From Longimicrobiales bacterium (GTDB taxonomy: Bacteria; Gemmatimonadota; Gemmatimonadetes; Longimicrobiales; Gaopeijiaceae): a stretch of 64,000 bases of DNA. Under the pieces are notes generated by a model. That model saw nothing but the letters and a program-made list of their open reading frames with translations, had not been told where the DNA came from and ran no database searches. The stretch covers positions 2,176,001-2,240,000 of the forward strand of contig OZ242008.1 of NCBI GenBank assembly GCA_965204735.1, read 5' to 3'. This document shows, piece after piece, positions 56,356 through 64,000 of this stretch; within the stretch, counting starts at the first letter, position 1; every line of letters begins with the position of its first letter. The translations under genes were made by a program, and so were the position numbers.

Positions 56356-59300
56356 CTAGTCAAAGGCGATCCTGCCGACGAGTCCGACGCGGCGTTCCGG
56401 GGGCTGGAGTCCGTCGGCCGCCTGCTCGCCGAAGAAGTCCATCACCAGGCGGAGGCCGGGGGCCTGCTGCTCGGCGGTCTCGCCGCCCAGCATCGCCCAC
56501 TGGGTCCCCACGTTCAGGCGGTAGCCGGCCGCGCCCTCGCGGCTCCAGCGACCGAACGGCTTGACCTGGCCGCCGCCGGGCAGCAGAACGCCGTAGCCCA
56601 CCTGCATCGCCAGGCGGGACGGCGTCCAGCCTCGTGCGTTCTGGGGCGCTCCGAAGCCGTGGGCGGACGGGAAGCCGTGGGCCGGCACGGCGCCGGGGCT
56701 CGGGGGACCGCCTTGACCGGTGGCGCCGCCGTAGCCGGCTTGGTCGCCGCTGGCGGGCACGCCGCTGCCGGGCTGCGCCGACGGGCCCAGGCCCGGCACG
56801 CCCGCGCTCCGCCACACGTCGTCGCCGCCCTGCCACAACGTCTGCGCGCCGCCCGAGGCATTGCCCCACGACGGCTCCAGCGAGAACGACAGCCCGCCGT
56901 CTTCGCGGCCGGGCTGGATACGCAGCGCCACTGCCGCGCCCCAATCCTTGAAGTTCCGGTCCTGGTGGATCAGCAGCATCCGGCCACGGGCGTCCAGGCT
57001 CAACCCGCTGCCCGCGTGCGTGAAGCCCAGCTCGGCGCCCGCCTCGGCGCCCATCCCCGTCTCCGCGTCGCCCCGATCGTAGCGACCGCCCACCTCGATG
57101 CGCGTGCGCATGGCCACGCCGCCGCTCGTCCACTGCCCGCCCAGCTCGGGCGCCAGCCGCACACGCTGCGCGTCGGCCGTCACCGCCGCCACGTGCACGT
57201 CCGACGCGTCCGTCATCATCCGCACCGCGAAAGCGTCGGCCTTCAGCGCCAAGCCGCCCACCAGCTTCTGGCGCACGCCCAGCGCGCCCATCCGCATCCG
57301 CAGGTCGGCGTCGTAGGTCGGACCCTGCTCGCCCACGTTGGCGGCACCCATTCCCGCACCCGCCAAGCCCCATATCCCGAAGCCGCCCTGCGACGACCAG
57401 CTCAGGTAGGGGTAGAGGCTGGTCAGGTGAGCCTTCGTCTTGCCCGCGCCGTTGATCCCGCTCTCGTAGTTCGCCGCCACGTCGCTGCGCGAGCCGGCCA
57501 CGCCCATCAAGAAGCCCGAGCCGAAGCGGTAGTCCAGACCCACGTACGCCGAGCGGGTGCGGCCGTCCATGGCGAAGTCGTCTTCGGGACGGCCCTCGAA
57601 TTCGCCCACGTTGGCCTGGCCCCACAGCGTCCAGCCGGCCTGGGAGGCCGCCTGCGCCGGGGATGCGTCGGGCGAGCCGCTGGCGGCATCGGCGTCGGCG
57701 CCGCCCTGGCCGTCGGGCGAGCCGCCACCGAAGGAGAGCTGGAACGAGCTCCGGGAGCGGAGGTCGCGGCCTGTCAGCGGGCTGAATGCGACGCCGCCGC
57801 GGGTGCGCTCGGCGCGGCCCGCATCCTCTTCCCGCTGGCCCTGGTACGAGCCGCCCAAGCCGAGGGTGCCGCTCGGAGCGCCGCCCAAGCCCGTCGCGCC
57901 GTCGCCGAAGAAGATGGCGGCCAAGTCCAGCGTCCCGCTCGGGATGCCGCCGGGTCCCGACCCGGTGCCCGGATGCGTGATCTGGAACCCGAGCAGGCCC
58001 GTTGCGTCCCGCACCAGCGACTCGAGTCCGCAACGGCCGCCCGAGACGCCCCCGCCCAAGCCCGCGCCGCCTTCGTCCGGGCCAGCGTGGGCCGATGCCG
58101 TCCTGGCGTGGGCCGACTCGCCCTGGCCTTGGTCCGCACCGCCTTGGCCCGAACCGCCATGGCCCGAGGCCGAGGCGCCCTGGCCCGACTTGCCCTGGCC
58201 CTGGTCCGCACCGGCTGGGCCTGCGGCTGCGCCACCAGCCGCGCCACCGGCTCCGAACGCACGGACCGAGGCCGTGCCGCTGGACACGCCGCCCGCGCCA
58301 CGGCCGCCGCCAAACGCGACGCAGCTCAGCGAGCGCCCGCCCAGCTGCACGTGCGAACGGCCCAGCGAACCCGACGACTCCAACCCCAACCGACCGCCGA
58401 TCGCGTCCACCGTCTCCGTGCCCAGCGACCGTCCGAACGCCGCCAGCGTCAGCTTCAACGCACGCGCCCGATCCGAACGCGACGCCGACACCGTCACGCT
58501 CGCCTGCTGCGTCGCCGTCAAGCCGCCCGCGTCCGTCGCCGTCACCGTCACCGTCGCCGCGCCGATCGCCTGCGGCGCCACCGACAACCGCCCCGCGCCC
58601 GACACCGACGCCGCCGCCACGTCCGGCGACGACGACACCACCACGTAGCTCAGCGCGTCGCCGTCCGGGTCACGGAAGTACTCGCCCAGACCCACCTCCC
58701 ACGGCGCGCCGCCCACCTCCAGCACCGGCGGCGACAGCGAGCCCACCGCCTCCGGCCCCTCGTTCACGTCCAGCAGCGTCACCACGACCGCCGCCTCCGC
58801 CGTCAGACCGCCCGCGTCCGTCACCCGCACCGTCAGCGCGAACTCCGGCGGACCGTCCTCGTAGTTCTCGCCGGCGCCTACGTAGCGCACCTGCCCGCTC
58901 GCGCCGTCCACCTGGAAGCGGCCCGCGTCGCCCTGCGCCAAGCTGTACGTCAGCGCGTCGTCGCGGTCCGGGTCCGTCGCCTCGACCCGTCCCAGCTCCC
59001 GAGGCCCGCGCACGTTCTCCGCCAGCTCGAACGCATATGCGGAGTCCGCGAACGCGGGCGCCTCGTTCACGTCCAGCAGCACCACCTTCACCTTCGCCAC
59101 CGCCGCCAGTCCCGCCCGGTCCGTCGCCACCACCTCGAACTCCCAGCCCTCTGGACCCGTCTCCGCGTCCTCGCCAGCGCCCACGTACCGCACCACGCCG
59201 CTCGACTCGCCCACGTCGAACAGCGCCGCGCCCGCGCCGCTCAAGCTGTAGCGCAGCGTGTCGCCAGCGTCCACGTCCGTCGCCTCGACCGCGCCGAGCT

Positions 59301-62300
59301 CGACCGGGCCCGCCACGTGCTCCGCCAACTCCCACTCCCAGATCGGCTCCACGAACACCGGGCCCTCGTTCCGGTCCTCGAGTGTCACCACCACACGCGC
59401 CCGCGCTGTGAGGCCGCCTCGGTCCGTCGCCGTCATTTCCAGCTCCCAGCTGCCCGGACCCGTCTCCGCATCCTCGCCGGACCCCACGTACCGCACCGCA
59501 CCGCTCGTCGCGTTCACCTTGAACCGCTCGGCGTCGCCCGCCGTCAGCGCGTACGACAGCCAGTCGCCGCCGTCCGGGTCCGTCGCCCGCACCTCGCCCA
59601 GCAGCAGCGGACCACGAGCGTTCTCCGCCAGATCGAAGGCGTACGCAGAGTCGGCGAACGCTGGCCCCTCGTTCACGTTCGTCAGCGCCACCGCCACGAC
59701 CGCCCGCGCGCTCGAACCCGCCAGGTCCGTCGCCGTCACCGCCAGCTCCCACGACTTCGGTCCCGCGCCCTCGTAGTCCTCGCCCGTCCCCACGTACCGC
59801 ACCTCGCCCGTCGCGCCGTCCACTTCGAAGCGGTCGGCGTCGCCCGACGCCAGCCGGTACGTCAGCGTGTCCCCCTCGTCCAGGTCCACCGCCTCCGCCA
59901 CGCCCAGCGCCAGCGGCCCGGCAGCGTTCTCCGCCATCGCGAAGGCGTAGCGCTCGGCCGTGAACACCGGCGCGTCGTTCACGTTCACCAGCCGCACCGT
60001 CACCGTCGCGTCGCCCGTCCGCTCTCCGTCGTCCGCCGTCGCGCGCACGATCATCACGAACTCCGAACGCGACTCCGCGTCCTCGCCCGTCCCCACGTAC
60101 CGCACCTCGCCGGTGCGAGCGTCGACCTCGAAGAGACCCTCGTCGCCCGCCGCCAGAGAGTACGTCACCTCGCCGCCGAAGGGGTCCGTCGCGCTCACCG
60201 TCCCCACCACCACCGGCCCCGACTCGTCCTCCGTCAGCTTGAACTCGTACTCCGCGCGACCGAACACCGGGTCCGTGCCTCCAGCCCCGTTCACCTGGTG
60301 CTCTTCGACGTTCTCCACCGCGTGGCCGCTCAAGTCCAGCGCCGCCGCCGTCGTGCCGCCCGCGATCCGCAGCGCGCCGCCTGCCGCCGTCAGCGCGTCG
60401 GCAGCGATGCTGATCCCGTCCTCGTCCCGGTCCGCAGGCTGCACCACGTACTCGAACACCAGCACCGGCGTGCCCGAGCCCGACACGTAGCTCGCGTGCC
60501 GCACGGCCGTTCCGATCTCGATCGCCAATCGCACGGGAGCGGTCGCAGCCGACATGTGGCCCGCCTGCTGCGGCGCCCCCGCCACCTCCACCGGTCGGCT
60601 GAACGTCACCGCCACCCGGATCACGCTGCGCGGACCGTACAGCCCGTTCGCGCCCGGCGTGCTCGTCACCGTCATCCCCACCACCGCCGGAACCGCCTCG
60701 ACCGTGCCGTCCACCTTGTCGTTCGCAGCCGCCGCGATCGCGTGGCTGCCCAACGCCAGAACCGCCGGACGAACCCCGTCCGCCGTGTTCACGATCGTCG
60801 CGCCGTTCAGCGTCAGCGCCGCAGCAGCCACGCCCACGCCGTCGGCGTCCGCGTCCACGCCGCCCGTGCCGCTGCCGCCACTGCCCGCGCCCTGCACGCG
60901 GTACGCGAACGACAGCGTCGCCGTGCCGCTGCCGCTGGCGTAGCTCGCCTGACGCGTCGCCGTGCCCACCGTCAGCGCCAGCTGCGGCGCGCCCGTCACC
61001 GTCACCGCACGGTCGAACGTCACCTGCACCTCGATCCGCTCGCCCAGGCCGTACGTGTCGCCGCTCTCCGGCGTGCTCGACACTGCGACGCCCGTCGCCG
61101 ACGCGCCCGCCAGCGTGCCGTCCACCTTGTGGCCCGCAGCAGCGCTCAACGCATGGCTGCCCAGTCCCAGAGCCGCTGCAGTCGTGCCGTTGCGGGCGTC
61201 AGCGATCGTCCCGCTGTTCAGCGCCAGCGCACTCGTGCCCACCTCGATCCCGTCGGTGTCGGCGTCCGCCTGCACCACCGTGTACCGGAACGTCAGCGTG
61301 TGCGTGCCCGTACCGCTCGCGTAGTCCGCCTGCCGCGTCTGCGCGCCCACCGTCAGCGCCACCTGCGGCGTGCCCGTCACGCTCACGCGACGGTTGAACG
61401 TCACCTGCACCTCGATCCGCTCGCCCCGACCGTACGTCGTCGCCACCGCCGGCGAACTCGTCAGCGACACGCCGCTCACCGACGCCGCCGTGAACGTCCC
61501 GCCCGCAACCTTGTGGCCCGAGCTGTTGCTCACCGCATGGGCGCCCAGCCCCAGAACGGCGTCCACCGTGCCGTTCGCCACGTCGATCGTCCCGCCGTTC
61601 AGCGCCAGCGCGCTCGCGCCGATGCTCAGCCCGTCGGCGTCCGCGTCCGCCGTCACCACCACGTACCGGAACACCAGCGACGCCGTGCCCGTCCCGCTCG
61701 CGTAGCTCGCCTGCTTCGTCACGGTCCCGATCGTCAGCGCCAGCTGCGGCGTGCCCGTCACGTCCACACCCTTGTTGAACGTCACCGTCGCGACCACCGT
61801 GTCGCCACGCTCGAACGTGTCGCCGATCGGCGGCGACGCGATCGACACGCCGCTCACCCCTGGCGGTCCCTGGGCGCCGTCCACGCGATGGGCCGCGTCG
61901 TTCGATATCGCGTGGCTGCCCAGCCCCAGGCTCGCTGCCGTCGTGCCGTCGCGGGCGTCGGCAATCGCGCCGCCGTTCAGCCCCAGTGCGCTCGCGCCGA
62001 TGCTGAGCCCGTTCGCGTCCGCGTCCCCAGCCACCACCTCGTACCGGAACGTCAGCTGCTTGCCGGCGGTCGCCGAGACGTACGCCGCTTGGCGGGTCTG
62101 CGAACCGATCGTCAGCGCCAGCTGCGGCGCGCCCGTCACCGTCACGTTGCGGTCGAACGTCACCTCGACCTCGATCTGCTCGCTCAACCCGTACGTGCCG
62201 CCGCCCGCCGGGCTGCTCGTGATCGACACCTCGCTCACCGACGACGCCGTGAACGTCCCGCCCGCGACGCGGCGCGCGCCGTCGTTGCCGATCGCGTGGT

Positions 62301-64000
62301 GCGCCAAGCTCAGCAGGGCGTCCGTCGTTCCGCCCGCCACGTCGATCGTCCCGCCGTTCAGCGCCAACGCGCTCGCGCCCACGCTCAACCCGTCCGTGTC
62401 CGCGTCCGCCTGCACCACCACGTACCGGAACACCAGCGCCGTCGTCCCCGTCCCCGATGCGTAGCCCGCCTGCCGCGTCTGCGAACCAATCGACAACGCC
62501 AGCTGCGGCGTCCCCGTCACGTCCACCGCCTTGTTGAACGTCACCGTCGCAACCACCGTGTCGCCCCGCTCGAACGTGGCGCCCACCGGCGGCGCAGCCA
62601 CCGACAGCCCCACCACCCCCGGCGGACCCAAGCTGCCATTCACCTTGTGCGACGCGTCGTTCGTCACCGCGCTCGCGCCCAGCCCCAGCGCCGCAGCCGC
62701 AGCGCCCGGACGCACGTCCGCGATCGTGCCGCCGTTCAGCACGAGCGCGCTCGCGCCGATGCTGATTCCGTCGGTGTCCGCGTCCGCCGGACGGACCGCG
62801 TAGGCAAACACCAGCGTGTCCGCCTTGCTGGAAGCGGCCACGTAGCTCGCCTGCCGCGTCTGCGTCCCGATCGTCAGCGCCAGCCGCGGCGAGCCCGTCA
62901 CCGCCACCGGTCGCCCGAACGCCACCTTCACCTCGATCTGCTCGCCCAGCTGGTACGTGCTCGCGCTCGCCGGGGTGCTCGAGATCGTCATCGCAGTCAC
63001 CGCCGGCGTCGTGAACGTGCCGCCCGCAACCTTGTGGCCCGCGCTGTTCGTCACCGCGCTCGCGCCCAACCCCAGCGTCGCGTCCAGCGTCCCACCCGCG
63101 ACCCGGATCGTCCCGCCGTTCAGCGCCAACGCGCTCGCGCCGATGCTCAACCCGTCCGCGTCCGCGTCGCCGCTCGCCACCACGTACCGGAACACCAGCG
63201 TGTCCGTACCCGTCCCGCTCGCGTACGCCGCCTGCCTGGTCGCGCTCCCGATCGTCAGCGCCAGACGCGGCACGCCCGTCACGTCCACCGACCGGTTGAA
63301 CACCAGCGACACCTCGATCGTCTCGCCCCGCTCGAAGGTGTCGCCCACCGTCGGCGCACTGATCGACAGCCCGGTCACCCCCGGCGGCCCCCGGCTGCCG
63401 TCCACCTTGTGCGCCGCCGCGTTCGCAATCGCGTTGCTCCCCAGTCCCAGGCCCGCCGCCGTCGTGCCGTCGCGCGCGTCGGCGATCGTCCCGCCGTTCA
63501 GCGCCAACGCGCTCGCACCGATGCTGATCCCCGTCGAGTCCTCGTCCGCCGCCACCACCGTGTAGCCGAACACCAGCGTCGCCGTCCCGCTCCCGCTCGC
63601 GTACGACGCCTGCCGCGTCTGACTCCCGATCCCCAAAGCCAGCTGCGGCCCGCCCGTCACCGTCACCGGGCGCGTGAACCCAACCTCGACCTCGATCACC
63701 TCCGTTCGTCCGTAGATGCTGTCGCTCGACGGAGCACTCGAAATCGTCACCCCGCTCACCGCCGCAGCCGTGAACGTCCCGCCCGCAACCTTGTAGTTCC
63801 CGTTGTTGGTGACGTAGTGATCGCGCAGGCTCACCACCGCGTCCGTCGTACCGCCCGACACCCGGATCGTCCCGCCGTTCAGCGCCAACGCGCTCGTGCC
63901 GATGCTGATCCCGTCCGCGTCCACGTCCGCTGTCACCACCACGTACCGGAACGCCAGCGTGTCCGTGCCCGTGCCAGCAGCGTAGCTCGCCTGCTTCGTC
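56356..64000 (-). CDS. Second giant autotransporter adhesin, paralog of 11767-22203 (5' end outside window)
   Basis: Nine complete Ig-like repeats plus one partial, five cadherin repeats, Ig domain, linker and barrel, all collinear with the first copy. The frame stays open to the window edge. Confidence 0.9.
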   Translation of the reverse strand, partial: TKQASYAAGTGTDTLAFRYVVVTADVDADGISIGTSALALNGGTIRVSGGTTDAVVSLRDHYVTNNGNYKVAGGTFTAAAVSGVTISSAPSSDSIYGRTEVIEVEVGFTRPVTVTGGPQLALGIGSQTRQASYASGSGTATLVFGYTVVAADEDSTGISIGASALALNGGTIADARDGTTAAGLGLGSNAIANAAAHKVDGSRGPPGVTGLSISAPTVGDTFERGETIEVSLVFNRSVDVTGVPRLALTIGSATRQAAYASGTGTDTLVFRYVVASGDADADGLSIGASALALNGGTIRVAGGTLDATLGLGASAVTNSAGHKVAGGTFTTPAVTAMTISSTPASASTYQLGEQIEVKVAFGRPVAVTGSPRLALTIGTQTRQASYVAASSKADTLVFAYAVRPADADTDGISIGASALVLNGGTIADVRPGAAAAALGLGASAVTNDASHKVNGSLGPPGVVGLSVAAPPVGATFERGDTVVATVTFNKAVDVTGTPQLALSIGSQTRQAGYASGTGTTALVFRYVVVQADADTDGLSVGASALALNGGTIDVAGGTTDALLSLAHHAIGNDGARRVAGGTFTASSVSEVSITSSPAGGGTYGLSEQIEVEVTFDRNVTVTGAPQLALTIGSQTRQAAYVSATAGKQLTFRYEVVAGDADANGLSIGASALGLNGGAIADARDGTTAASLGLGSHAISNDAAHRVDGAQGPPGVSGVSIASPPIGDTFERGDTVVATVTFNKGVDVTGTPQLALTIGTVTKQASYASGTGTASLVFRYVVVTADADADGLSIGASALALNGGTIDVANGTVDAVLGLGAHAVSNSSGHKVAGGTFTAASVSGVSLTSSPAVATTYGRGERIEVQVTFNRRVSVTGTPQVALTVGAQTRQADYASGTGTHTLTFRYTVVQADADTDGIEVGTSALALNSGTIADARNGTTAAALGLGSHALSAAAGHKVDGTLAGASATGVAVSSTPESGDTYGLGERIEVQVTFDRAVTVTGAPQLALTVGTATRQASYASGSGTATLSFAYRVQGAGSGGSGTGGVDADADGVGVAAAALTLNGATIVNTADGVRPAVLALGSHAIAAAANDKVDGTVEAVPAVVGMTVTSTPGANGLYGPRSVIRVAVTFSRPVEVAGAPQQAGHMSAATAPVRLAIEIGTAVRHASYVSGSGTPVLVFEYVVQPADRDEDGISIAADALTAAGGALRIAGGTTAAALDLSGHAVENVEEHQVNGAGGTDPVFGRAEYEFKLTEDESGPVVVGTVSATDPFGGEVTYSLAAGDEGLFEVDARTGEVRYVGTGEDAESRSEFVMIVRATADDGERTGDATVTVRLVNVNDAPVFTAERYAFAMAENAAGPLALGVAEAVDLDEGDTLTYRLASGDADRFEVDGATGEVRYVGTGEDYEGAGPKSWELAVTATDLAGSSARAVVAVALTNVNEGPAFADSAYAFDLAENARGPLLLGEVRATDPDGGDWLSYALTAGDAERFKVNATSGAVRYVGSGEDAETGPGSWELEMTATDRGGLTARARVVVTLEDRNEGPVFVEPIWEWELAEHVAGPVELGAVEATDVDAGDTLRYSLSGAGAALFDVGESSGVVRYVGAGEDAETGPEGWEFEVVATDRAGLAAVAKVKVVLLDVNEAPAFADSAYAFELAENVRGPRELGRVEATDPDRDDALTYSLAQGDAGRFQVDGASGQVRYVGAGENYEDGPPEFALTVRVTDAGGLTAEAAVVVTLLDVNEGPEAVGSLSPPVLEVGGAPWEVGLGEYFRDPDGDALSYVVVSSSPDVAAASVSGAGRLSVAPQAIGAATVTVTATDAGGLTATQQASVTVSASRSDRARALKLTLAAFGRSLGTETVDAIGGRLGLESSGSLGRSHVQLGGRSLSCVAFGGGRGAGGVSSGTASVRAFGAGGAAGGAAAGPAGADQGQGKSGQGASASGHGGSGQGGADQGQGESAHARTASAHAGPDEGGAGLGGGVSGGRCGLESLVRDATGLLGFQITHPGTGSGPGGIPSGTLDLAAIFFGDGATGLGGAPSGTLGLGGSYQGQREEDAGRAERTRGGVAFSPLTGRDLRSRSSFQLSFGGGSPDGQGGADADAASGSPDASPAQAASQAGWTLWGQANVGEFEGRPEDDFAMDGRTRSAYVGLDYRFGSGFLMGVAGSRSDVAANYESGINGAGKTKAHLTSLYPYLSWSSQGGFGIWGLAGAGMGAANVGEQGPTYDADLRMRMGALGVRQKLVGGLALKADAFAVRMMTDASDVHVAAVTADAQRVRLAPELGGQWTSGGVAMRTRIEVGGRYDRGDAETGMGAEAGAELGFTHAGSGLSLDARGRMLLIHQDRNFKDWGAAVALRIQPGREDGGLSFSLEPSWGNASGGAQTLWQGGDDVWRSAGVPGLGPSAQPGSGVPASGDQAGYGGATGQGGPPSPGAVPAHGFPSAHGFGAPQNARGWTPSRLAMQVGYGVLLPGGGQVKPFGRWSREGAAGYRLNVGTQWAMLGGETAEQQAPGLRLVMDFFGEQAADGLQPPERRVGLVGRIAFD

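Overview
High-GC bacterial chromosome segment. Gene content and order suggest Gemmatimonadota, possibly host- or biofilm-associated (inference only). The core genes are selA (partial), valS, an FAA-hydrolase, trxA, rsmI, a methylmalonyl-CoA epimerase-like VOC protein, nupC-punA, a TonB-dependent receptor, dnaK-degP and tRNA-Leu(TAG)-tig-clpP-clpX-lon-engB, plus a Tsx-like porin. Accessory features: (1) two paralogous giant autotransporter adhesins built of Ig-like repeats, cadherin repeats and a beta-barrel. The complete one has a 26-nt poly-C tract just after an RBS-preceded ATG, which looks like a slipped-strand phase-variation switch, currently out of frame. (2) A compact methyltransferase plus PD-(D/E)xK nuclease pair with non-canonical MTase motifs (DGAY, FGGLC). 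(3) A translationally coupled DUF4159-DUF4175-TPR-hypothetical-JAB/DinG operon. (4) An M66-like metallopeptidase lipoprotein. (5) An AAA-ATPase/PD-(D/E)xK protein. (6) A sigma54-type promoter with two perfect 17-bp inverted repeats upstream of dnaK. I saw no CRISPR-Cas system, integrase or transposase. Most long ORFs in the track are GC-rich shadow frames.
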